Below the pieces are notes generated by a model. The model was not told the origin of the DNA and did not search any database. It saw only the letters and a program-made list of their open reading frames with translations. Of a stretch of 33,846 nt of DNA, positions 25,586 to 33,846 are shown in pieces; the first letter of the stretch is position 1, and the number at the start of each line of letters is the position of its first letter. The translations under genes were made by a program, and so were the position numbers. This DNA is from Bacillota bacterium (GTDB lineage Bacteria > Bacillota > Clostridia > Peptostreptococcales > Anaerovoracaceae): positions 1-33,846 of the forward strand of contig JAFWFF010000032.1 of NCBI GenBank assembly GCA_017515765.1, in the 5' to 3' direction.

Positions 25586-26926
25586 CTAGTCCAAATGGAA
25601 TACCGAAAAGCCGCTGTTCCCCAGTATGTCGGTGACCTTGACGGATATCGCGCCGCCCCGCGGGACCGCGCACGTCATGGCGAGAGCTATCTCTCCGTTC
25701 TTCCTGACCGCGCTCTCCGTCGGAACGTGGACGCTTCCGTCATATCTGGCGTCGATGCTCCATGCCGCGATCAAAGAGAGCGGATCCTCCGCGAGCAGTT
25801 CGTCATAGTGCTCCCCGTCGCGCTCCTCCGGCTTCCTGGCGTTCTTCTTCGGCTGCACGGTCTCTATCTTCACGGTGCAGAGCTCAGGCCCGCCGTTCCC
25901 TGCGGCCGTCCCCCTGTCTATGGAAACGCTGAACTTAAGGTCTGCGTCCTTCTTTCCTGAAGACATCACCCTGAACGGCACTCCCTGTTTTATAAGCCTA
26001 GTTATGCAGGTCTCTATCGCGAGGCCGCTCTCGTCGACGGATACCGATCTCCTGCCCATCTTTGCCGCGCAGGCCGCAAGGGTACCGCTTCCGCAAAACA
26101 GGTCTCCGCAGAGATCGCCCTCGGCTGTGGAGCACTCGATTATGCGCTCGAGGAGCTGCTCAGGCTTCTGAGTCGCGTAGCCTGTCCTCTCTCCCGACGT
26201 CCGTCCGACCATATCGATGCTCCAGACGTCCTTCATGTTGACCATGGTGTACCAGCCCACCTCGTCTTTGAATTCCTCGACTCCCTTGAATCTGTAGGGT
26301 TTCAGGCCGCGGTTGTAGGACTTCTCTGTGAGCGGGTAGAACTTGTAGTTTTTGGACTTCGAGTAGCAGAGTATATTGTCGTGCTTGCGGGAGAAGTGCT
26401 TTTTTGTGCTTCCGCCGGATTTGTACTGCCAGATTATCTCGTTGACGAAGTGCTCCTCGCCGAAGATCTCGTCCATGAGGATCTTGGCGTAGTGGACCGC
26501 GTGCCAGTCGAGGTGGACGAATATGAGGCCGTCATCCGCGAGGAGGTCTTTGATCAGGCGGATCCTGAGGCCGAGCATCTTAAGGTAGCCCATCATACCC
26601 TTCTCCCAGCGGTCTCCGTAGGCCCTGTGGCGCAGGCTTCCGCCCGGAGCTCCGGCTACAGCCATCTGGTCCGACATGGTGAAGAACGGCGGGTCCAGAT
26701 AGATGAGCTTGAACTTGCCCGCGAGCCCCGCGCTGTCGCGGAGATATACCGCAGCCTTCGCCGCGTCGCCTTTGATCAGGGTATGGGCGTCCGTTCCCGC
26801 GCTGAAGAGGCTGTCGCCCCTGTACTCCTCGACCGGCTCGAATACCGGGGTCTTCCCCTTAAGCGTCCTGTCGTAGGCCGATCTCACATACCGCCTTATT
26901 CCCGCTGCTTCTCTGGCCAGACTCAT
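25586..26926 (-). CDS. site-specific DNA methyltransferase (N6-A/N4-C, beta class, Mod-like), orphan
   Basis: Motif IV LIYLDPPF precedes motif I DLFCGSGT; NEIIW, YATQKPE.LL.RII. Confidence 0.9.
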   Translation of the reverse strand: MSLAREAAGIRRYVRSAYDRTLKGKTPVFEPVEEYRGDSLFSAGTDAHTLIKGDAAKAAVYLRDSAGLAGKFKLIYLDPPFFTMSDQMAVAGAPGGSLRHRAYGDRWEKGMMGYLKMLGLRIRLIKDLLADDGLIFVHLDWHAVHYAKILMDEIFGEEHFVNEIIWQYKSGGSTKKHFSRKHDNILCYSKSKNYKFYPLTEKSYNRGLKPYRFKGVEEFKDEVGWYTMVNMKDVWSIDMVGRTSGERTGYATQKPEQLLERIIECSTAEGDLCGDLFCGSGTLAACAAKMGRRSVSVDESGLAIETCITRLIKQGVPFRVMSSGKKDADLKFSVSIDRGTAAGNGGPELCTVKIETVQPKKNARKPEERDGEHYDELLAEDPLSLIAAWSIDARYDGSVHVPTESAVRKNGEIALAMTCAVPRGGAISVKVTDILGNSGFSVFHLD

Positions 26927-26951
26927 GGCTGATCCTCCTGTCGATCAAAAA

Positions 26952-28034
26952 CTATACTATCGTGCCGCCGCCGACTACCATGTCGCCGTCGTAGAATACC
27001 GCCGCCTGGCCGGGAGTGGGCGCGCGCTGCGGCTCGTCGAACTCCACTTCGCAGCATCCGTCCTCAAGCGGATGGATGACCGCGGGCGAGACTTTCTGGC
27101 TGTAGCGTATCTTGGCCTCGACCCTCATGCCGTCAAAAGGCTTCTCGACGGCGATCCAGTTGCAGTCGGCCGCGCGGAACCTTTTGGTCATAAGATCCCC
27201 GTTATACCCCAGGATCACCCGGTTCCCCGCGACGTCCTTCCGTATCACGTACATCGGGGCAGGAAGCGCGAGGCCGAGTCCCTTTCTCTGGCCGATGGTA
27301 TAACCCACTATGCCCTTGTGGCGTCCGAGGACGTTCCCGTCCTTGTCGACGAAATCCCCGGGAGGGTATTCCGTCCCTCTGTATCTCTTAAGAAAGCCTG
27401 CGTAGTCGCCGTCCGGGACGAAGCAGATATCCTGGCTGTCGCGCTTTGAAGCGTTGACAAAGCCCTGCTCCTCAGCTATCCTGCGCGTCTCCTCTTTGGT
27501 CATGTCCCCGAGCGGGAAGAATGAATGCGCGAGCTGATCCTGCGTAAGCGAGAAGAGCACATAGGTCTGGTCCTTGGAGGAGTCCTTCGACTTAAGCAGC
27601 AGATGCCTTCCGGAAGCACTGTCGTATTCTGTCCTGGCGTAATGGCCCGTGACCACCAGGTCGCGGTCAAGTTCCCTCGCCCTCCGCATCAGCCGCTCGA
27701 ACTTCAGATATCTGTTGCAGTCGATGCACGGGTTCGGTGTCCTGCCTTCCTCGTATGCCCTGGCAAACCGCTCTATCACCTGCTTTTCGAAGTCCGCCGA
27801 GAAGTCGAAGACATAGTAGTTTATCCCTAGCCTGTTGCATACTGCGCGGGCGTCGTCCGTATCCGCGAGGCTGCAGCACCCGCTCTCCTCCGGTTCCCCG
27901 ATCAAAGCGTTGTCGTAGAGCTTCATCGTGACTCCGATAACGTCGAAGCCCCGCTCCTTCATCAGAAAAGCCGCTACGCTGCTGTCCACCCCGCCGCTCA
28001 TGGCGATCAAAGCTCTCTTACCTGTCTGTTCCAT
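26952..28034 (-). CDS. mnmA: tRNA 2-thiouridine(34) synthase MnmA
   Basis: AMSGGVDSS, TPNPCIDCN, TGHYA, KDQTY, SQDICF, YTIGQRKGL, TPGQ. Confidence 0.97.
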   Translation of the reverse strand: MEQTGKRALIAMSGGVDSSVAAFLMKERGFDVIGVTMKLYDNALIGEPEESGCCSLADTDDARAVCNRLGINYYVFDFSADFEKQVIERFARAYEEGRTPNPCIDCNRYLKFERLMRRARELDRDLVVTGHYARTEYDSASGRHLLLKSKDSSKDQTYVLFSLTQDQLAHSFFPLGDMTKEETRRIAEEQGFVNASKRDSQDICFVPDGDYAGFLKRYRGTEYPPGDFVDKDGNVLGRHKGIVGYTIGQRKGLGLALPAPMYVIRKDVAGNRVILGYNGDLMTKRFRAADCNWIAVEKPFDGMRVEAKIRYSQKVSPAVIHPLEDGCCEVEFDEPQRAPTPGQAAVFYDGDMVVGGGTIV

Positions 28035-28680
28035 TGGCTTTGGTCTCCATATACGCGTTTATGTATTCCGACACGTTGTCGAGCATCCTGGCAGTCATGC
28101 CCCAGAGCACTCCGCCGCCCGGTATCTCCACCCCGTAGACCGGCACGGGGTATTCCCCCCTGAACCAGTTGTAGCTGTCACGGGCGCCGATCTTCTCCAG
28201 CGGGAAACCCGACGCGTCCGTGCTTACCGGTATCATGAATATCTCCGGCCTGTTCTCGAGGAAGTATGAGAGCGGCAGCAGGAACGCCTCCTTCACCTCT
28301 GCGGGAGAAGGCTCGATGTTCTGGTACGCGAAATACGAGACCTGCGCGATCACCGTATGTATGGTGAAACCCGCGAACGATCTCAGTTCATCGCCCCTTC
28401 CGATCAAAGTGATCCCGCTTGGCGGTATGCCGAGCTCTTCGCCGCACTCTCTCACGGCGCATTCCTCAGGCGACTCCCCGGGCTCCATCCTTCCGCCCGG
28501 GAAGCATATCTCTCCCGGATTCGCGTCGAGGTCATCCGTCCGCTTCTCAAATAGCAGGAACAGTTCCCCGTCCTTCTCGACGAAAGGCACCAGCACAGAA
28601 TAGAATCTGTATCTGCCCATCGGCCGCGGCTCGTGGCCGCTGAACATCTCTCTTATGTCAAAAATATCCGTCTTCTTCAT
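28018..28680 (-). CDS. Nudix hydrolase, CoA pyrophosphatase (NudL-like)
   Basis: GEICFPGG..E.......A.RE..EELG Nudix box; LWGMTA. Confidence 0.88.
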   Translation of the reverse strand: MKKTDIFDIREMFSGHEPRPMGRYRFYSVLVPFVEKDGELFLLFEKRTDDLDANPGEICFPGGRMEPGESPEECAVRECGEELGIPPSGITLIGRGDELRSFAGFTIHTVIAQVSYFAYQNIEPSPAEVKEAFLLPLSYFLENRPEIFMIPVSTDASGFPLEKIGARDSYNWFRGEYPVPVYGVEIPGGGVLWGMTARMLDNVSEYINAYMETKANGTDR

Positions 28681-28705
28681 GGCTTTATTCTAACACATCA
28701 AAAAC

Positions 28706-28734
28706 TTGAAGGAAACATGCCGTTCCAGTATAAT
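28706..28734 (+). promoter_or_regulatory. putative promoter of the DUF885 gene
   Basis: TTGAAG (28706-28711), 17 bp spacer, TATAAT (28729-28734). Confidence 0.65.
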
Positions 28735-28782
28735 TATACTGTTTGAAAGAACACTTTGCGTTTGCCCAGAGAGGAACGATAT

Positions 28783-30633
28783 ATGGATAAAAACACACTA
28801 AAGAGGTTCTTTGCAGCCGTTCTGGCCCTTGCGCTCGCTTTCTCGCTCTCCGCATGCGGCGCGGGCCCGCAGGGATCCGGCGGCTCGACAGTGGTCAGGC
28901 CTGCGCAGGACCTCAGGGAAGCGGAAGAGATGCGCGAAGCTTTCGACGAGTTCCAGCTCCGCGTTTTCACCGAATATATCGAGAGCGACTATACCGCCGC
29001 GCATATCTATTTCAAGGATCTGGAGAACAATGCCTACGGTATCGACCCGGATTCCATCGAAGTCAGCTTCGGAGGCGGCTTCACCGAAGAAGAGATGCGA
29101 GAGTCGGAAGACTATTACCGGGATCTCGGAGAAGAGCTCAAAGGCTTTGACCGTGATCTGCTGACCGCGCGCCAGCAGGACATCTACGACGCGATGGAGG
29201 ACGAGATAGGCTATTCTCTCGCCATGTCCGAAGAGAGATTCGATTACTATGCCCAGCTCCTGTCCCCTGTCTCAGGCCTCACCAAAAATATCCCTTCCCT
29301 GTTCACCGGATGGGATCTCAGGAACGAGCGGGACGCGGAGGACGTCATCACCCTCCTCGGCGACCTGCCGAGATACTTTGACGAGGCGGAAGGCTACATA
29401 AGTGAGCAGCAGGAAAGGCAGCTCCTCATCACCGACTTCGACGCCATAATCACTGACTGCAGCGACATCATAGAGAAAGGCGGAGACAGTTCCGTACTGA
29501 GGGCTTTGATCGAGCAGCTCCCTGACCTCGGGCTCACCGATGAGCAGATCGCGGACTACACCGCGAGGATCACAGAGGCGTATACCGGCCCGTACATCAG
29601 CGCTTTCGAGGATCTGAAGGCCTTCATCGAAGAGATCAGAAACGGCTTCAATTCCACCGGAAGCTATGCCGATTTCCCGGACGGGACCGAATACTACGAG
29701 CTCATACTCTGGTCCTCCTCCGGGTCCGACATGGGCGCGGAAGCGATGTACGATTACATGGAAGGCAGGAGCGATCTCAAGACCGACCTTCTCTACAAGA
29801 CGATCTATTCTGACAGCACCCTGCTCGATGAATACCTCGACGAGTCAAACGACGATACGGGCTTTGCGGACTACAACGAGATCCTGAACTTCATCTTCTC
29901 AAAGATGTACGAGGATTACGATGAAGTGAGAGACCTGGAGTACAATGTGGAGATCGCGAGTCCCGAGGAAAAGCTTTCCGAGAGGAACGTGCTGGCATAC
30001 TTCCTGATCCCGCCGGTCGACGCAGGGCACCTCCAGCAGATGAGGGTGAGCCCGGACGCGCAGGACGTCCAGACCCTGACCGCCTTCGGTACCATAGCGC
30101 ACGAGGGCTTCCCCGGCCATATGTACCAGTACGCATATATCTATGACAACTGCGATTCCCCCTACATCATGACTCTCGGCAGCGACGGGTTCGTTGAGGG
30201 CTACGCGATGTACGCGGAATACAACGCGTTCGACTATCTGGAGGACCGCTTCAAACGCGGCTATCTGGATCTTCACGTGGTGGATTCCCAGATGTCCTAC
30301 ATAGACTCGCTTCTTACCGATATCGGAGTGAACTATTACGGCTGGACCGCTGAGGACGTTCTCGACTTCTTCACAGAGATGGGATACGATCTCCCGACCG
30401 AGACAGCCCAGGAGATGTACGACGACTTCAGATACGATCCGGCAGCTTACGCGCCCTACGCCTTCGGCTACGAGTACATCGCCGAGATGCGCGAGAACGC
30501 GGAAGAGGAGCTCGGCAGCCGATTCTCTTCAAAGGCCTTCAACAGAGCGCTCCTCGAGGCCGGCCCGGTGCCTCTCGACATAGTGAAGCGCCACACAGAG
30601 CAGTATATCGACGATCCCGCGAGCTACGAATAA
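28783..30633 (+). CDS. DUF885 family lipoprotein (putative metallopeptidase fold)
   Basis: Lipobox LSA|C; AHEGFPGH.YQ, EGYA.YAE, Y..G...I...R, F....F...LL.AGP.PL; ATG 28783 after the GAGGA SD. Confidence 0.85.
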   Translation: MDKNTLKRFFAAVLALALAFSLSACGAGPQGSGGSTVVRPAQDLREAEEMREAFDEFQLRVFTEYIESDYTAAHIYFKDLENNAYGIDPDSIEVSFGGGFTEEEMRESEDYYRDLGEELKGFDRDLLTARQQDIYDAMEDEIGYSLAMSEERFDYYAQLLSPVSGLTKNIPSLFTGWDLRNERDAEDVITLLGDLPRYFDEAEGYISEQQERQLLITDFDAIITDCSDIIEKGGDSSVLRALIEQLPDLGLTDEQIADYTARITEAYTGPYISAFEDLKAFIEEIRNGFNSTGSYADFPDGTEYYELILWSSSGSDMGAEAMYDYMEGRSDLKTDLLYKTIYSDSTLLDEYLDESNDDTGFADYNEILNFIFSKMYEDYDEVRDLEYNVEIASPEEKLSERNVLAYFLIPPVDAGHLQQMRVSPDAQDVQTLTAFGTIAHEGFPGHMYQYAYIYDNCDSPYIMTLGSDGFVEGYAMYAEYNAFDYLEDRFKRGYLDLHVVDSQMSYIDSLLTDIGVNYYGWTAEDVLDFFTEMGYDLPTETAQEMYDDFRYDPAAYAPYAFGYEYIAEMRENAEEELGSRFSSKAFNRALLEAGPVPLDIVKRHTEQYIDDPASYE

Positions 30634-30642
30634 ACGATGACG

Positions 30643-30680
30643 AACAAAGACCGGAGGCGCAGCCTCCGGTCTTTTTGTTT
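30643..30680. terminator. bidirectional terminator between DUF885 and fabZ-like genes
   Basis: AAAGACCGGAGGC-gca-GCCTCCGGTCTTT with flanking A/T tracts. Confidence 0.88.
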
Positions 30681-30696
30681 TACGCTGTATGCCGCC

Positions 30697-31128
30697 CTAT
30701 CTCATCGCTATGGCGAGCTCGCAGGACGCAGCTTTCTCGCCTCCCACTGAAGCCGTGGCGGCGCAGGTAATTATTGCCTTGTCTTCCCTTTCTGACACTA
30801 TCTCGACATGCACGCAGACAGTTTCTCCCGGGACTATCTTCCTGTAAAAGCGCGCCCCGTTCAGCCCCAGGAAGAGCGGGGTCTTCCCTGCGTACTTCTC
30901 AGTCGATAGCACCAGGACGTCCGCCGCCTGGCCCATGATCTCGATCGTGTAGACTCCGGGCAATACGGGATCTCCGGGGAAGTGCCCGCGGAAAATCTCC
31001 ATTTCCGGATCCGCGTAGAAAGTGGTCTCTGCCATCTTTCCGGGCTCAAGCGCCTCTACCGTATCGACCAGAAGCATCGGATCGCGGTGAGGAAGTATCG
31101 TTTCAATATATTCTCTGCCGTATCTCAT
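30697..31128 (-). CDS. fabZ: 3-hydroxyacyl-ACP dehydratase (FabZ family)
   Basis: ILPHRDPMLLVD, FRGHFPGDPVLPGV..IE..GQ, VPG; start at MRYG (31128). Confidence 0.85.
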   Translation of the reverse strand: MRYGREYIETILPHRDPMLLVDTVEALEPGKMAETTFYADPEMEIFRGHFPGDPVLPGVYTIEIMGQAADVLVLSTEKYAGKTPLFLGLNGARFYRKIVPGETVCVHVEIVSEREDKAIITCAATASVGGEKAASCELAIAMR

Positions 31129-31141
31129 CTTTTTCTTCCGT

Positions 31142-31172
31142 AAAAACGATCCCGGCTGCAAGGGCCGGGATC
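31142..31172 (-). terminator. putative terminator between the P-loop gene and fabZ
   Basis: GATCCCGGC-ccttgca-GCCGGGATC followed by GTTTTT. Confidence 0.6.
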
Positions 31173-31190
31173 CGCAGGTCATGGACCGAT

Positions 31191-31613
31191 TCAGTTCAGT
31201 ATCTCGTAATCGGAGAAGTCCACGCCGATCATCTCTTCCTGTTCCGCGGAAAGGCTGACCACGAAGTCCATTCCGTAATTCTTGGAGATGTTCTTCAGCC
31301 TTGTCAGGAACTCGGGAAGGTCTCCGAGAGACACATCCGCATGCTTAAGTATGCTGTCGATGTATATCGTCTCGATGTCATGATCGGAGCTTATGATCCC
31401 GTAGATGAACCCGATATACTCGTCGCTGTTGGTGATGTGCTCGAAGTCCTCCATGCACACCACGCGGATCTTATATTTCAGATCGTACATCAGCCGGGAA
31501 TTCTTATTGATGAAAATGACGCTTCCGTTGCTTCTTTCGATTTCATCGTTGGCCATCTCGACCATCAGTTTGGTCTTCCCTGCACCTTTATGTCCGATCA
31601 AAAGTTTTACCAT
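31191..31613 (-). CDS. small conserved clostridial P-loop protein (often loosely annotated 'twitching motility protein PilT')
   Basis: Walker A GHKGAGKT, MYDLKY.IR, GFIYGIISSDHDIE.IYIDS. Confidence 0.75.
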   Translation of the reverse strand: MVKLLIGHKGAGKTKLMVEMANDEIERSNGSVIFINKNSRLMYDLKYKIRVVCMEDFEHITNSDEYIGFIYGIISSDHDIETIYIDSILKHADVSLGDLPEFLTRLKNISKNYGMDFVVSLSAEQEEMIGVDFSDYEILN

Positions 31614-31649
31614 GACGCAATCCTCCGTTCACATTATTTTGTTGCGTTA

Positions 31650-31678
31650 ATTTTACCACAGGGCGATCCGTTCTTCAA
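31650..31678 (-). promoter_or_regulatory. putative promoter of the P-loop gene
   Basis: TTGAAG (31678-31673), 17 bp spacer, extended -10 TGgTAAAAT (hexamer 31655-31650). Confidence 0.65.
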
Positions 31679-31691
31679 TTACATTTTTGGA

Positions 31692-32597
31692 TCAGCGGGC
31701 CATGAAGTAGAGCGCGACCGCCAGTCCGAGCGCCGCTGTCAGCAGATTTGCCAGCAAAGTATAGCCGAAAGTCTTCCCTTTGGAGTGGCCTTTGAAGGCG
31801 ATCAGGTAGACGATAAGCTCTATCACGAAAACCAAAAGTTCCATCACCGGGAAGAAGATAAGCCATACAAGGCCGCCGGAAGTGTAGTCCAGGAGCCCCA
31901 TAACAAGGTTCAGAAGTCCCTGTGTCACGATGTTCGTAATGACTATCGTGAGGATCTCCCTCTTCTTCCTGTATTTGAACAGCAGGGCCAGTCCGAGCTC
32001 GACCGCGATGGTCAGCAGCATCCTTACGAAAAAGGCCAGGATCTGGTTTCCCGTCCTGATATCCTCAGTCACGTAGAGAGGCTGGACCTGCAGCTCCGCC
32101 TCTTTGCCGGAAAGGTCCGGGATCACCGCGGAGAAGAAACTGTCGAACGCCTCTCTCTCCAGTTCCCCGCTGACGAAGATCCGGTTCTCCGACGGCACGT
32201 ATACAGCGGCCTTGAACTCTTTCGGCGGATAGTACGACCACGAGAACGACCCGTTCCCTTCGACCTTGAAAATCTGGTTCATCAGCATGTATCCGTCAGG
32301 ATCCCGGTACGAGAAGAACGCCTCGTACACCTCATGGTCTGCGTCCAAAGGTCCGTAGCCGCCCGCGCCGTCTATATTCTCCTCAGTGATCCGGAACCAG
32401 GGGCCGTAGACCTCATCCTTCGAGAGAAGCGTGGCGTAAAGCGTCTCTCCGGGCCTCCCCTCCACGCTCACGGTCACCGAAGGCTTCGGCCCCACGTCGG
32501 CAGATACGGGTACGATCGCGAAAGCGATCAGAACCGCGGTCAAAAGAAGAGCGCATAGCCTTCTCAGGGAGCGTTCACTTACAGGTTCGTCTCTCAT
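31692..32597 (-). CDS. hypothetical membrane protein (signal peptide, extracellular domain, about 4 C-terminal TM helices)
   Basis: Hydrophobic signal ending VSA|DVGPKPSV, WSYYPP.EFK, hydrophobic C-terminus; ATG 32597 overlaps the rlmN stop (ATGA). Confidence 0.75.
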   Translation of the reverse strand: MRDEPVSERSLRRLCALLLTAVLIAFAIVPVSADVGPKPSVTVSVEGRPGETLYATLLSKDEVYGPWFRITEENIDGAGGYGPLDADHEVYEAFFSYRDPDGYMLMNQIFKVEGNGSFSWSYYPPKEFKAAVYVPSENRIFVSGELEREAFDSFFSAVIPDLSGKEAELQVQPLYVTEDIRTGNQILAFFVRMLLTIAVELGLALLFKYRKKREILTIVITNIVTQGLLNLVMGLLDYTSGGLVWLIFFPVMELLVFVIELIVYLIAFKGHSKGKTFGYTLLANLLTAALGLAVALYFMAR

Positions 32598-33655
32598 ACC
32601 CCTTCTCCTTTCCTCAGCCTCAGCTGCCCGCACGCCGCGTCTATGTCCGAGCCGAGTTCGCGCCTTACGGTAGCGGGTATGCCCGCCTTCTCCAAAAGGT
32701 CTCTGAATTCCTCGGCGCGCTTCCTTCCGGAAGTCTCGAGGCCTGTCCCGTCCACTTTGTTCAGCGGTATCAGGTTGACGTGGCAGAGCATCCCCTTCAA
32801 GAGCCCTGTCAGAGCCTTCAGATCGGCCTCTGTGTCGTTTTTGCCCGCTGTTAAGGCGTATTCAAAGGTGACCCGCCTTCCGGTCTTAGAAGCGTGATTT
32901 TTGGCTGCCTCGATGACCTCGGCGACCGGATACTTCCTGTTCACAGGCATGAGGGCGCTCCGCTTCTCATCCGTCGCGGCATGGAGCGATATGGCGAGAT
33001 TTACCTGGGGATACTCGTCTCCGAACCTTTCGATCATCGGGACTATCCCGCAGGTGGATACCGTGATGCTCCTCCTCGAGAGCCCGAGGCCCTCTTTGGC
33101 GGACGCGAGTTCTATGAACCTCGCCAGGTTCTCATAATTATCAAAGGGTTCGCCTGTCCCCATCACCACTATATGGCTTATCCGGGCAGGCTCCCCGCCC
33201 TCCGCCGATCCTTCTTCCGCAAGCAGCCTGTTGATGGTGATCACCTGTGCCAGTATCTCCCCCGCCGTCAGGCTGCGGGCAAGGCCCTTCACTGTCGAAG
33301 CGCAGAATCTGCAGCCCATCCGGCATCCTGCCTGCGAAGAGACGCATACCGACCATCCGTACCTGTATCTCATCAGCACGGTCTCGACAGCGTTCCCGTC
33401 TGAAAGCCCGAAGAGATACTTCCTGGTCCCGTCTTTCGCGGAGACCTGTTCCGCGAGGATCTCCGGAGAGCACACCACGCAGTCTTCCGCGAGCTTCGCC
33501 CGGAGAGCGGCAGGCAGGTTCTTCATATCCGCAAAGTCCGTAACTCCGCGGTACATCCACTGAAAGATCTGGCGCGCCCTGTAAGCCGGCTCGCCCTTGG
33601 ACTTCAGCAGTTCTTCGAGTTCTTTGATCGAAAGAGAGAGGATATCGGTCATCAT
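32594..33655 (-). CDS. rlmN: 23S rRNA (A2503-C2) / tRNA methyltransferase RlmN
   Basis: CVSSQAGCRMGCRFC radical SAM motif, MGTGEP, ISLHA, VNLIP.N, DIDAACGQL. Confidence 0.95.
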   Translation of the reverse strand: MMTDILSLSIKELEELLKSKGEPAYRARQIFQWMYRGVTDFADMKNLPAALRAKLAEDCVVCSPEILAEQVSAKDGTRKYLFGLSDGNAVETVLMRYRYGWSVCVSSQAGCRMGCRFCASTVKGLARSLTAGEILAQVITINRLLAEEGSAEGGEPARISHIVVMGTGEPFDNYENLARFIELASAKEGLGLSRRSITVSTCGIVPMIERFGDEYPQVNLAISLHAATDEKRSALMPVNRKYPVAEVIEAAKNHASKTGRRVTFEYALTAGKNDTEADLKALTGLLKGMLCHVNLIPLNKVDGTGLETSGRKRAEEFRDLLEKAGIPATVRRELGSDIDAACGQLRLRKGEGV

Positions 33656-33846
33656 TTCTGAAGCGACCTGAACCATTCGAGATGGATGTTCCACTCTTCC
33701 TCATTGAAGCCGACAAGGGCTCCCATATTTCCGATCGCCAGGATCGGCCTCTTCACCAGCATCCCGTCAGTCGCGAGGAGCTCGAGCATGTCATCCTCGT
33801 CCATCTCCGGGAGCCTGTCCTTAAGCTTCAGCTCCTTATACTTAAG
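33652..33846 (-). CDS. ArsC/Spx (YffB/YusI-like) arsenate reductase family protein, 5'-truncated by the window edge
   Basis: Manual translation ...LKYKELKLKDRLPEMDEDDMLELLATDGMLVKRPILAIGNMGALVGFNEEEW...QK*; stop overlaps the rlmN ATG. Confidence 0.88.
   Translation of the reverse strand, partial: LKYKELKLKDRLPEMDEDDMLELLATDGMLVKRPILAIGNMGALVGFNEEEWNIHLEWFRSLQK

Noticed and set aside
25383-26951. Genomic island integrated at tRNA-Arg carrying the methyltransferase
   Set aside because: No integrase, no duplicated tRNA 3' end seen, and the MTase is on the 5' side of the tRNA
31191-31613. PilT retraction ATPase serving the Tad pilus
   Set aside because: Only 140 aa, lacks the Asp box, His box and AIRNLIRE motif; Tad systems do not use PilT
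32594-33655. Cfr-type resistance methyltransferase
   Set aside because: Motifs (CVSSQAGCRMGCRFC, MGTGEP) and chromosomal context fit housekeeping RlmN; no mobile context

Overview
Chromosomal core-genome segment of a GC-rich Clostridia (Firmicutes) bacterium; the taxon is inferred from codY, hslVU and the ispH-rpsA fusion. Almost all genes lie on the minus strand. Left to right: a tRNA cluster (Thr, Asp) behind two near-consensus tandem promoters, yigZ, codY-hslU-hslV-topA, the transformation-associated module dprA-comM-yraN, Cof/HAD and MBL hydrolases, and an ispH-rpsA fusion. Next is a 9-gene Gram-positive Tad/Flp pilus operon, including a 44-aa Flp pilin missed by the ORF track. After it come an acyl-CoA ligase, trpS, tldD/tldE, tRNA-Arg(CCG), an orphan DNA methyltransferase, mnmA, a Nudix CoA pyrophosphatase, a DUF885 lipoprotein, a FabZ-like dehydratase, a small P-loop protein, a membrane protein, rlmN and a partial ArsC/Spx-family gene. 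No mobile elements or CRISPR arrays were seen. Most notable: (1) a hidden sigma-A promoter, strong SD and in-frame ATG inside the ispH-rpsA fusion, which could produce free ribosomal protein S1; (2) a Tad pilus with an atypical Gln+5 pilin and a pseudopilin carrying tandem His/Cys metal-binding repeats, near yraN-comM-dprA and sharing short upstream motifs with it, suggesting a possible DNA-uptake system. All family calls come from motif recognition, not database searches.
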